Assembly: GCA_964634565.1 (NCBI GenBank)
Contig: CAZWLP010000005.1
Span: forward strand, 4,946-68,945
From: an uncultured Rikenellaceae bacterium
GTDB taxonomy: Bacteria; Bacteroidota; Bacteroidia; Bacteroidales; VadinHA17
Direction of reading: 5' to 3'
Length of the DNA stretch: 64,000 nt
Below, in pieces: positions 1 to 8,264 of this stretch (positions are counted from its first letter, which is position 1; each line of letters starts with the position of its first letter). The notes below the pieces were generated by a model that searched no databases, had not been told where the DNA came from, and saw only the letters and a program-made list of their open reading frames with translations. Both the position numbers and the translations under genes were made by a program.

Positions 1-758
1 TTAAGGAAGAACTTACCTTTGGCCTTTTCCCTCTTTGTTACCAGGTAAGATGCCAGTTTGGAATTAAACTCTTCTGCACTAACACCCTCTTTTAACTTAA
101 TATAATTGTAGTAGTTGAACTGTCCCCAATCGTCCGGATTACTTACTGTCTTAAAATGTACATCATCTGACACAAGGTAATCAAATATAAGATGGCTATT
201 TGAAGGCGTATTCTCTATTACTCCTTTTACAACTACTTCGTCTTTATTATCAATAATAATAAGCTTACCTATAGGATCTGTGTCGCCAAAATATTTCCTT
301 GCTATCCGCTCTGACAGTACAATTGCATTGGGCTCATCAAGTGCTGTGCGAGAGTCGCCCTGCAGGTTCTCCAGTGGAAAAATATCAAAAAAGCTACCCG
401 GCGCATAATACAGGTTCTTTGATATAAACAGTTCTTCTCCTATCTCAAGTGAGGTTTTATAACCACTTTTTATCCTGACACCCTTTTCAATTTCAGGATA
501 ATCATTTAAAAGAGATTCAACAAGAGGGGCCTGAGTACTGGACCATACAAGTGGTTCACCGGCAAAATTCATCAGGGCTTCAACCCTGAATATTCTTTCT
601 GAATCTTCTACCCATTTATCGAAACTTAATTCATGACTTACCCATATTGCAATAAAAATAACACTCAGCAGTCCAAGCGATAATCCTGCCATATTAAGCA
701 GCACTATACCCTTAATCTTCTTAATAAACTTAAGTATTCCTGAAATTTTAAATGACAT
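1..758 (-). CDS. ABC transporter permease, FtsX/MacB-like (N-terminal part; the gene continues beyond the left window edge)
   Basis: Own translation of the minus strand from ATG (complement 756-758): MSFKISGILKFIKKIKGIVLLNMAGLSLGLLSVIFIAIWVSHELSFDKW...RIFRVE...IVLSERIARKYFGDTDPIGK. The frame is open to position 1. A TM helix followed by a MacB-type periplasmic domain pattern. Absent from the ORF track because it is truncated. Confidence 0.65.
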   Translation of the reverse strand, partial: MSFKISGILKFIKKIKGIVLLNMAGLSLGLLSVIFIAIWVSHELSFDKWVEDSERIFRVEALMNFAGEPLVWSSTQAPLVESLLNDYPEIEKGVRIKSGYKTSLEIGEELFISKNLYYAPGSFFDIFPLENLQGDSRTALDEPNAIVLSERIARKYFGDTDPIGKLIIIDNKDEVVVKGVIENTPSNSHLIFDYLVSDDVHFKTVSNPDDWGQFNYYNYIKLKEGVSAEEFNSKLASYLVTKREKAKGKFFL

Positions 759-1047
759 AGATTCTGATTGTTTTGGTTAGTTTCAGTAAAGACGGAAGAA
801 ATTTTAAAGTGATGGATATCTTAAAAAAAATAACTGATACAACACTCAGATTATATGATAAAACAGTTCCGAAAATAAATATATCACAGGCTTCAAAAAA
901 TTTCAACTATGAAATAAAACCGGAGTAAGGGGTTTCTCACAAAGCCGTAAAGATTGTAAATAGCTGTACTATTCGGTAACGGTCTTATTAAAAACGGAAG
1001 AAATAATTAACCTGCCGGAATTTCGCAGAAACAAGTGCAGGAACAGT

Positions 1048-1731
1048 CTAATGAGTCGCAGCACTACTTGCTGACGAGGCAATAACTGCCGCGGATACAC
1101 TGGCGGTAATGGCTGCCTGCATCTCCATAATTGTTTTGCTTACACCCGAGGCAACAGGATTCTCCTTGATATACTTAACAAGGGCCTTTCTGATCTGCTT
1201 CCTCTCATGTGCTTCCCTGGCCATGCTGCGATGCATCCTGCAGGCATATGCGAGTCCAAGGAACATCAACTCATGTTCCTCCGGCTGTTTATTATACAAG
1301 ATAATATCTTTCATTCTGAGTATCAGCCTGTCGGTAGCAGATTGATTTGCCGGAAAAAATATCGAATAAGGAATACCTAAAAAACGCTTTCTTTCTTCCT
1401 TAAGAGTTCCGTTAGCCACCAGCATCTTTTGCATTTCCTTCCTGTACCATGTTGCCCTGAAAGCAAATTTCCTCAGCCAGTACCTTATGCTTCTTTGTTT
1501 TTTAGATAACTGAAGAGTCTCAAGCATTTTATCGTAAACAGGTAATCCTGTTATCTTACCCTCTTTTATCCTGATATCTTTCCCATCAAGCTCTATCTTT
1601 TCGTTCAAGGCCAGATCCATTAACATTGCACCCAGCACACCATAAGTAAGATAATTACCATTCACCCTGTAATAACCGGTTTCAGCATTCAAAGCAAGTA
1701 CGAAAAAATATTCTGTTACCTTTTTATCCAT
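1048..1731 (-). CDS. GPP34/GOLPH3 family protein
   Basis: 227 aa with an ATG start. From memory, length and pattern fit bacterial GPP34 (Pfam PF05719) members: YFFVLALNAETG...GVLGAMLMDLAL, then an Ala/Ser-rich hydrophobic tail AAITASVSAAVIASSASSAATH. Confidence 0.65.
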   Translation of the reverse strand: MDKKVTEYFFVLALNAETGYYRVNGNYLTYGVLGAMLMDLALNEKIELDGKDIRIKEGKITGLPVYDKMLETLQLSKKQRSIRYWLRKFAFRATWYRKEMQKMLVANGTLKEERKRFLGIPYSIFFPANQSATDRLILRMKDIILYNKQPEEHELMFLGLAYACRMHRSMAREAHERKQIRKALVKYIKENPVASGVSKTIMEMQAAITASVSAAVIASSASSAATH

Positions 1732-1740
1732 GATAGTGTG

Positions 1741-1777
1741 GTTATGAGTTGTGAGTTATCAGTTGTGAGTGATGAGT
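1741..1777. repeat. tandem 14-nt word GTTATSAGTTGTGA x2 plus partial copy
   Basis: 1741-1754 GTTATGAGTTGTGA and 1755-1768 GTTATCAGTTGTGA (13/14 identical), then GTGATGAGT. Ends 9 nt from the GPP34 start codon. Confidence 0.9.
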
Positions 1778-1822
1778 CATTCCCATCATAAATCAAAAAT
1801 CGTTAATCGATATTCGTCAATC

Positions 1823-1857
1823 CCTTAGCCCTTAGCCTTAGGCCTTATCCTCTAGCC
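1823..1857. repeat. tandem 7-nt word array (CCTTAGC-type) x5 abutting the ABC exporter stop codon
   Basis: CCTTAGC CCTTAGC CTTAGGC CTTATCC TCTAGCC. The last unit contains the exporter stop codon (complement 1852-1854). Confidence 0.9.
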
Positions 1858-3675
1858 TATTTCCTGCATTTTATGAAGTTTATAATAAACTCCCTTCTTA
1901 TTCTTTAACAAATCTGCATGTTTGCCCATTTCTACGATCCTACCCTCATCAATAACAACAATACGACTTGCTCTTTGCACGGTTGATAGTCGATGTGCAA
2001 TTACAATTGATGTTCTGTTCTGCATAAGGTAATCAATTGCATCCTGAACTACACGCTCCGATTCAGTATCGAGCGCTGAAGTAGCCTCATCAAGAATCAG
2101 TATTGGCGGATTTGCCAGTACTGCTCTTGCTATGCTTATTCTTTGTCTCTGTCCGCCGCTAAGCTTGCTTCCTCCTTCACCTACTATATAGTCTAAACCA
2201 CCGGGTGATTCTTTAATAAACTCTTCGGCATTTGCAACTTTTGCAGCCTGCCAGATCTCCTCATCGCTAAACTCTCCTGCTGTAAATGCTATATTATCTC
2301 TGAACGACTCATTAAACAGGATAGCCTGTTGATTAACAACACCCATCAGGCTCCGTAAATCTTCAACTTTGAGGTCTCTTATATCAATACCATCTATACT
2401 GATCATACCCTTATCTACATCCATAAACCTTGGAAGAAGATCGACCAGAGTAGATTTACCTGATCCTGATTTACCAACAATAGCGACCATCTCTCCCTTA
2501 CTCACCTTTAATGATATCTCCTGAAGAACAGGATCCTTAGCATAGGCAAAACTCACATTATCAAATACTATTTCCTTCTCAAAAGAACTTATTGGCCTTG
2601 CATCCTTCTTCTCCCTTATTTTTTCATCGGCAGAAAGGATTCCATCAAGCCTGTCAAGGGATGCATATCCTTTCTGAACACTTAGATAAGCCGTAGTTAT
2701 ATTCTTTGCCGGCTGGATTAGCATAGCAAAGACAGCCAGAAATACTATTAATTCATCAGGTGTAATCTCCCCGGATCCACCCAGAGCCAACATCCCTCCG
2801 AAATAAAGAACACATAGCACTACTGCTATTGACAGAAACTCACTTACAGGTGAGGCAAGGTATCTCTTTCTAATAACCCGCCTTAGCAACTTTGTAAAAC
2901 GCTCGTTGGATTTACCAAATTGAATGTTCATCTTTTCCTCGGCATTAAAAGCCTTTATTATTCTCAGTCCTGAAAGAGTCTCCTCAACTACCGAAAGAAG
3001 CCTGCCAAGATTTTGCTGGCTGGCAAAAGATGTGATTCGCAGGCTCTTACCAATTTTACCGATCAACCAGCCACTTAAGGGTAGCAGAATAAGAGCGAAA
3101 AGTGTAAGTTTAAGGCTTGTTGATGCCAGGTAAATTACAAATATCAACACAGTAATAGGATCCCTCATTAACATTGTGAGGGAACCCATTACCGAGATCT
3201 GAAGTTCCTGAACATCGTTAGATATACGTGTAAGTATATCTCCCTTCCTGGCTTCTGTAAAGTATGAGAGGGGAAGCCTTAAGACCTTCGCGTAAATCTT
3301 TCTCCTGATATCCCTTGTTGATCCTGCGCGCAGATAAGCCAGCGCATTATTGCCGGCAAATACAAAAACATTTTTAAAGAAACTGGCAATCAGGACAAGA
3401 ATACAGACTCCAATAAGTGCACCCGCATCACCAAAGCGTTCTACATAATTATTTATATTATAATATAGAAATGAATCCAGCCATTCCTTATTCATCTCAA
3501 ATAATCCGGGCTTCGTAACTTCCGGAACCCTGTCGAAAAGAATATTAAGGAAGGGACCAAATAAAGAATAGGTAAAGAGGGCAAAAAATGCAGAAAGGAT
3601 ATTGAAAATAATATTCTGAACAGCATACCACTTATATGGTAAAATATATGATATCAGGGTTTTAAATCTCTTCAT
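1852..3675 (-). CDS. ABC exporter, fused permease/ATPase (MsbA-like)
   Basis: 607 aa. N-terminal six-TM exporter domain, Walker A GKSGSGKST, signature LSGGQRQR, Walker B ILILDEATSALD. Confidence 0.9.
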   Translation of the reverse strand: MKRFKTLISYILPYKWYAVQNIIFNILSAFFALFTYSLFGPFLNILFDRVPEVTKPGLFEMNKEWLDSFLYYNINNYVERFGDAGALIGVCILVLIASFFKNVFVFAGNNALAYLRAGSTRDIRRKIYAKVLRLPLSYFTEARKGDILTRISNDVQELQISVMGSLTMLMRDPITVLIFVIYLASTSLKLTLFALILLPLSGWLIGKIGKSLRITSFASQQNLGRLLSVVEETLSGLRIIKAFNAEEKMNIQFGKSNERFTKLLRRVIRKRYLASPVSEFLSIAVVLCVLYFGGMLALGGSGEITPDELIVFLAVFAMLIQPAKNITTAYLSVQKGYASLDRLDGILSADEKIREKKDARPISSFEKEIVFDNVSFAYAKDPVLQEISLKVSKGEMVAIVGKSGSGKSTLVDLLPRFMDVDKGMISIDGIDIRDLKVEDLRSLMGVVNQQAILFNESFRDNIAFTAGEFSDEEIWQAAKVANAEEFIKESPGGLDYIVGEGGSKLSGGQRQRISIARAVLANPPILILDEATSALDTESERVVQDAIDYLMQNRTSIVIAHRLSTVQRASRIVVIDEGRIVEMGKHADLLKNKKGVYYKLHKMQEIG

Positions 3676-3683
3676 ATGCGATC

Positions 3684-5027
3684 TTATAAGCCAGTGTAGT
3701 TAAATGGTGTGATCGCTTTCAATTCAACCTTAACACTATCGGTAATATTAAGGCCATCAATAAAGTCCTGTATTATCTCACGTGTAATCTTTTCATTGGT
3801 TCTGGTTAAGCCCAGAAGAGCCTCGTAGGGTTTAGGATAACCCTCCCTTCTTAATATTGTCTGTATTGCTTCTGCCACAACTGCCCAGTTATTATCAAGA
3901 TCTGAATTTATCTTGTCAGTATTGACAATTAATTTACCCATCCCTTTTATCAGCGATTTAATTGCTATAACTGTATGGGCAATGGGTACTCCGGTATTTC
4001 GAAGTACTGTAGAATCTGAAAGGTCTCGTTGCAATCTTGAAACAGGAAGCTTTCCTGAAAAGTGTCGGAATAAAGAATTAGCAATTCCCAGGTTTCCTTC
4101 GGCATTTTCAAAGTCGATAGGATTAACCTTATGAGGCATAGCTGATGATCCTATCTCTCCTTTTACAATCTTCTGCTTAAAATAATCGAACGATATATAT
4201 GTCCATATATCCTTCGAGAAATCCAGCAAGATTGTATTTATACGTGCCACGCAATCAAACCATGCAGCAAGGTTATCGTAGTGATCGATCTGAGTGGTTG
4301 GATAAGATCTTTCGAGCCCGAGCGAGTCGTTCAGGAACTTGTTGGCAAACAAATTCCAGTCAATACCCGGATAAGCAACCTTATGAGCATTAAAATTACC
4401 CGTGGCACCTCCAAATTTGGCCGACCAGGGGATGGATCTTAGTTGTTCAAATTGTTTATCAAGCCTGGCTACAAATACCTTCATCTCCTTGCCAAGCCTG
4501 GTTGGTGAAGCAGGCTGACCATGAGTGCGGGCAAGCATTGGGATATCATTCCACTCCCCGGCTAAAGAATCCAATTTGTCTCTTATTTCTCTTAATTGAG
4601 CGTCAAATACACTATTAAAAAACTCCTTCAGTGAAAGAGGAGTTGCTGTATTATTTATGTCCTGTGAAGTAAGTCCGAAATGTATAAACTCTGAAAATGA
4701 AGACAGCCCGAGAGCTTCAAACTGCTCTTTAAGATAATATTCAACAGCCTTAACATCGTGGTTGGTTACTGACTCAATTTCCTTAATCCGTTCAGCTTTA
4801 TCAGGTGAAAAATTATCGGCAATTGCTCTGATAGCAGAATAAGCTGATCTGTTAAATTTCTCCAGGCCAGGTAGTGGCAATTCACATAGGGCAATAAAAT
4901 ACTCCAGCTCCGACTTAAGCCGATACTTAATCAGTCCGAATTCAGAAAAATAATCCGATAATTCCTCCGTCTTATTTTGATATCTTCCATCGACAGGAGA
5001 TATGGCAGTAAGTTTATTCAAATCCAT
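3684..5027 (-). CDS. purB: adenylosuccinate lyase
   Basis: 447 aa. N-terminus MDLNKLTAISPVDGRY and fumarate-lyase signature GSSAMPHKVNP. Confidence 0.93.
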   Translation of the reverse strand: MDLNKLTAISPVDGRYQNKTEELSDYFSEFGLIKYRLKSELEYFIALCELPLPGLEKFNRSAYSAIRAIADNFSPDKAERIKEIESVTNHDVKAVEYYLKEQFEALGLSSFSEFIHFGLTSQDINNTATPLSLKEFFNSVFDAQLREIRDKLDSLAGEWNDIPMLARTHGQPASPTRLGKEMKVFVARLDKQFEQLRSIPWSAKFGGATGNFNAHKVAYPGIDWNLFANKFLNDSLGLERSYPTTQIDHYDNLAAWFDCVARINTILLDFSKDIWTYISFDYFKQKIVKGEIGSSAMPHKVNPIDFENAEGNLGIANSLFRHFSGKLPVSRLQRDLSDSTVLRNTGVPIAHTVIAIKSLIKGMGKLIVNTDKINSDLDNNWAVVAEAIQTILRREGYPKPYEALLGLTRTNEKITREIIQDFIDGLNITDSVKVELKAITPFNYTGL

Positions 5028-5144
5028 TATCTATAAGTTGATCCGACAATTCTGCGAACAGGCGTAAAATTACTACTTTAAGAGGTGAAAAAAAACTGAA
5101 ATTTCGTAATTTCGGGCATTTATGTAGCGAATAGACAGAAGCAG

Positions 5145-5900
5145 ATGGATAAACTCAGAATTTCGGCCATAAGGTATGCAAATACTTTCCCGCTTAACTA
5201 CGGACTAAGACAATCGGGCATTGAAGAGCTTGCAACTATAGAAATTGATCATCCAGCAGAGTGTGCCAGGAAACTTAGGGAAGGAAAGGCAGATATCGGA
5301 CTGGTACCGGTAGCAGAAATAGTTAATATCAAAGATGCAAGGATAATCAGTGATTACTGCATTGGAACCAATAGCCCTGTAAGAACAGTTTTAATGGTAA
5401 GTAATAATCCCCTTAAGGAGATAAATACTATATATCTGGATTACAGGTCGCGCAGCTCAGTGGCCCTGGCCAGAATACTTGCAAGGGAGTACTGGAAAAA
5501 AGAGTTCTTGTGGAAGGACACCAGTGAAGATTTTTCTTTCTCAGACATTCCGGAAGGTTCGGGACTTGTTATTATTGGCGATCAGTGTTTTGATCTTGAA
5601 GATCAGTATAAATACAAAATAGATCTTTCTTCCGAATGGAAAGGACTTACCGGTCTGCCCTTCGTGTTTGCATGCTGGGTCTCAAACCGAAAATTAGATG
5701 CTAAGTTTATTAAACACTTTAATGATGCTCTTAGGTTCGGGATAGAAAACATCGACGATGCAATACTTAAATATAAAAGCTTTAGCTCAATGCCAGCAGA
5801 CATATTAAAGAAATATCTGACAATTAATATTGATTACATTCTGGATGATAAAAAAAAGCTGGCGATGAAGACATTTATTGGTTATATTGAGGAGGCGTAG
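5145..5900 (+). CDS. mqnA: chorismate dehydratase (futalosine pathway MqnA family)
   Basis: 251 aa. MqnA/MqnD-type pattern: RISAIRYANTFPLNYGL ... GLPFVFACWV. Confidence 0.7.
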   Translation: MDKLRISAIRYANTFPLNYGLRQSGIEELATIEIDHPAECARKLREGKADIGLVPVAEIVNIKDARIISDYCIGTNSPVRTVLMVSNNPLKEINTIYLDYRSRSSVALARILAREYWKKEFLWKDTSEDFSFSDIPEGSGLVIIGDQCFDLEDQYKYKIDLSSEWKGLTGLPFVFACWVSNRKLDAKFIKHFNDALRFGIENIDDAILKYKSFSSMPADILKKYLTINIDYILDDKKKLAMKTFIGYIEEA

Positions 5901-5934
5901 GGCGCGTAGGGTGTAAGGGTGTAAGGATGTGATA
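5895..5934. repeat. tandem 8-nt word array GYGTARGG x5 starting in the mqnA stop codon
   Basis: GCGTAGGG CGCGTAGG GTGTAAGG GTGTAAGG ATGTGATA. The mqnA TAG is 5898-5900. Confidence 0.9.
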
Positions 5935-5958
5935 GTTAAAATAGTAAAAAATCAAAAA

Positions 5959-7359
5959 ATGAAAAGGATACTGTCAGGTTTAATCTTATTATTCACTCTT
6001 GCGGGAGTAATAAATGCCCAGGATGAGGAGAAAATACTTGTCTACAAGTTCGATATAAAAAAGGTTATAGCTGCTCCGATATGGAGAACCACAAAGATCA
6101 GCCTTGAGGAAGCTAAAAATGCCGGGGCTGATTATGTACTGATTCATATGAATACCTATGGAGGACAGGTAGATATGGCAGATTCTATACGTACAGCAAT
6201 ATTAAATTTTCCTCTGCCGGTAATGGTATTTATTGATAATCAGGCTATATCGGCCGGTGCACTTATTTCGATAGCATGCGATAGTATCTATATGCGACCA
6301 GGTGGAAATATAGGTGCCGCAACAGTGGTAAACCAGTCTGGTGAGCAGGTGCCGGATAAATACCAGTCTTTTATGAGGGGAATGATGAGATCTACTTCTG
6401 AAGCTCATGGAAAGATTCCCGTGGTGGAAAACGGAGACACAACATGGATATGGCACAGAGATCCTGCAATAGCTCAGTCTATGGTAGACCCAAAAGTATA
6501 TGTAGAGGGTGTAAGTGATACAGGCAGCGTATTAACACTTACAACACTTGAGGCAATCAATCTGGGTTTTTGTGAAGGTGAAGCAAATTCTATTGAGGAA
6601 GTTCTCAGACTGGCAGGTATAGAAAACTATGATATAAAAGAGTTTAAGCCGGGCGCTGTAGAAAAAATAATTCAACTGTTTCTTAACCCTATAGTATCCG
6701 GACTGCTAATAATGATTGTGATTGGAGGGATATATTTTGAACTTCAGTCACCGGGAATAGGATTCCCTCTGATTGCAGCGATTTTTGCAGCCATACTGTA
6801 TTTTGCACCCCTCTACCTCGAGGGCATTGCGGCAAACTGGCAGGTTCTTGTTTTTGTTGCAGGGATTGTGCTGGTAGCAATCGAGATATTTGCCATTCCC
6901 GGATTTGGCATAGCGGGAGTTCTGGGTATTGCGGGAATAATTGCAGGCCTCACATTTGGGATGATCGATAAAATAAATTTCAGGTTTGGCCCTTCGCCCC
7001 TGGCAGGTAATACTGTAATAGCTGCCTTCGCCATTGTATTTATTTCTATGCTTACTGCATTTATATTATCGATCTGGGGAAGCAAAAAGATGCTTACATC
7101 AAACAGGCTGCTTGGGCGTTTTGCCTTACAAAAGATTCAGGAAACAGACAAAGGATATGTTAGTGTTGACGTAGGAAAACAAAAATCTGTTGTTGGTATG
7201 ACGGGTATTGCATATACGGTTCTGCGACCCTCAGGTAAGGTGATGATAAACAATGAAATATATGATGCTAAATCTGAAGTTTCATATATAGAAAAAGGTA
7301 TGAGGATTATAGTTAAAAGAGAGGAATCAGGCCAGCTATATGTTCTTAAATCAGATTAA
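5959..7359 (+). CDS. NfeD family membrane protease (ClpP-class N-domain, TM block, C-terminal NfeD OB-fold)
   Basis: Signal peptide MKRILSGLILLFTLAGVINAQ, a ClpP-like domain, 4-5 hydrophobic helices (aa ~250-390) and a C-terminal OB-like segment GIAYTVLRPSGKVMINNEIYDAKSE. I moved the start from the track's GTG 5929 to ATG 5959. Confidence 0.8.
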   Translation: MKRILSGLILLFTLAGVINAQDEEKILVYKFDIKKVIAAPIWRTTKISLEEAKNAGADYVLIHMNTYGGQVDMADSIRTAILNFPLPVMVFIDNQAISAGALISIACDSIYMRPGGNIGAATVVNQSGEQVPDKYQSFMRGMMRSTSEAHGKIPVVENGDTTWIWHRDPAIAQSMVDPKVYVEGVSDTGSVLTLTTLEAINLGFCEGEANSIEEVLRLAGIENYDIKEFKPGAVEKIIQLFLNPIVSGLLIMIVIGGIYFELQSPGIGFPLIAAIFAAILYFAPLYLEGIAANWQVLVFVAGIVLVAIEIFAIPGFGIAGVLGIAGIIAGLTFGMIDKINFRFGPSPLAGNTVIAAFAIVFISMLTAFILSIWGSKKMLTSNRLLGRFALQKIQETDKGYVSVDVGKQKSVVGMTGIAYTVLRPSGKVMINNEIYDAKSEVSYIEKGMRIIVKREESGQLYVLKSD

Positions 7360-7361
7360 TA

Positions 7362-7808
7362 ATGAAAGGATTCAGTACAAGGGATTATAAAAGAGAAGAT
7401 TATAATGCTGTTCAGAATATTTGGATTCAGACGGGAATGGGAGGAGCAGAAAGAGGTGATAATGCAGACACGATAGATGATAGCATTAAGATAGGCGGAC
7501 GAATGATCCTTCTATATAATAACGGCACAGGAGAAATAATTGGCACTTCATGGATGACCTTCGATGGAAGAAGGATCCATCTCCACCACTTTGGAATACT
7601 TCCCGGCTTCCAGGGAAAAGGACTTTCTAAAATACTCCTGCAGGCATCACTGAAACATGTAAAGGAAAAAGGTTACCAGGTCAAGCTCGAGGTCCATAAC
7701 ACAAATATTAAAGCAATCAATCTCTATTCAAAGAACGGCTTTGATTATCTTGGAGACTATGATGTGTATATAATTAGAAAACCTGATAAAATAAATAAAC
7801 AGGCTTAG
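7362..7808 (+). CDS. GNAT family N-acetyltransferase
   Basis: 148 aa. Acetyl-CoA binding motif region HHFGILPGFQGKGLSKILL and C-terminal NGFDYLG. Confidence 0.8.
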   Translation: MKGFSTRDYKREDYNAVQNIWIQTGMGGAERGDNADTIDDSIKIGGRMILLYNNGTGEIIGTSWMTFDGRRIHLHHFGILPGFQGKGLSKILLQASLKHVKEKGYQVKLEVHNTNIKAINLYSKNGFDYLGDYDVYIIRKPDKINKQA

Positions 7809-7827
7809 ATTACCGGAACTAAGACCT

Positions 7828-7855
7828 GGCCTTTCGTCTTTTGGCTTTCGTCTTT
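7828..7855. repeat. tandem 14-nt word x2 (GGCCTTTCGTCTTT / TGGCTTTCGTCTTT)
   Basis: 12/14 identical. Lies 20 nt after the GNAT stop codon. Confidence 0.85.
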
Positions 7856-7868
7856 AGCCTATAAATAT

Positions 7869-7876
7869 TATCTTTG
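7869..7876 (+). promoter_or_regulatory. Bacteroidota -7 promoter box (TAnnTTTG)
   Basis: TATCTTTG, 38 nt upstream of the ATG at 7914. Confidence 0.4.
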
Positions 7877-7913
7877 GGGTGGTAGAATTTTTTTATAAAA
7901 AAAGAAAAAGGGT

Positions 7914-8159
7914 ATGACTCGTACGATAACTTTCAATAAACTGAGAGAAATTAAGGATCAACTTCCAACTGGAGGGGTTAAAAAGATAGCATCTGAGCTC
8001 GAATTAAGTGAAGATACCGTAAGAAATTATTTTGGCGGATGGAACTATGACCGTGGCGAAAGTGCAGGAATTAATATTGAGCAGGGTCCTGACGGAGGTA
8101 TTGTTACCCTTAACGACACCACTATACTGGATATGGCCGAGAAAATGATTGGCTCCTGA
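7914..8159 (+). CDS. small conserved protein, possible HTH/DNA-binding
   Basis: 81 aa. A TAnnTTTG box lies 38 nt upstream. The segment VKKIASELELSEDTVRNYFGG looks like a helix-turn-helix. From memory, similar small proteins are common in Bacteroidota. Confidence 0.45.
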   Translation: MTRTITFNKLREIKDQLPTGGVKKIASELELSEDTVRNYFGGWNYDRGESAGINIEQGPDGGIVTLNDTTILDMAEKMIGS

Positions 8160-8264
8160 TAAACCTGCCATTATTATTTTCCTTTATATGCTTTATAAGT
8201 ATTAGCTAGCTCTTACCGGGCTTCGATTTTTTTGTAATTTTCCAAAAATTAAATCTACAAAGCT

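Noticed and set aside
812-928. 38-codon ORF (MDILKKITDTTLRLYDK...) in the 290-nt spacer between the FtsX-like and GPP34 genes
   Set aside because: There is no promoter box, no recognisable motif, and the size is compatible with chance. Not reported as a gene.
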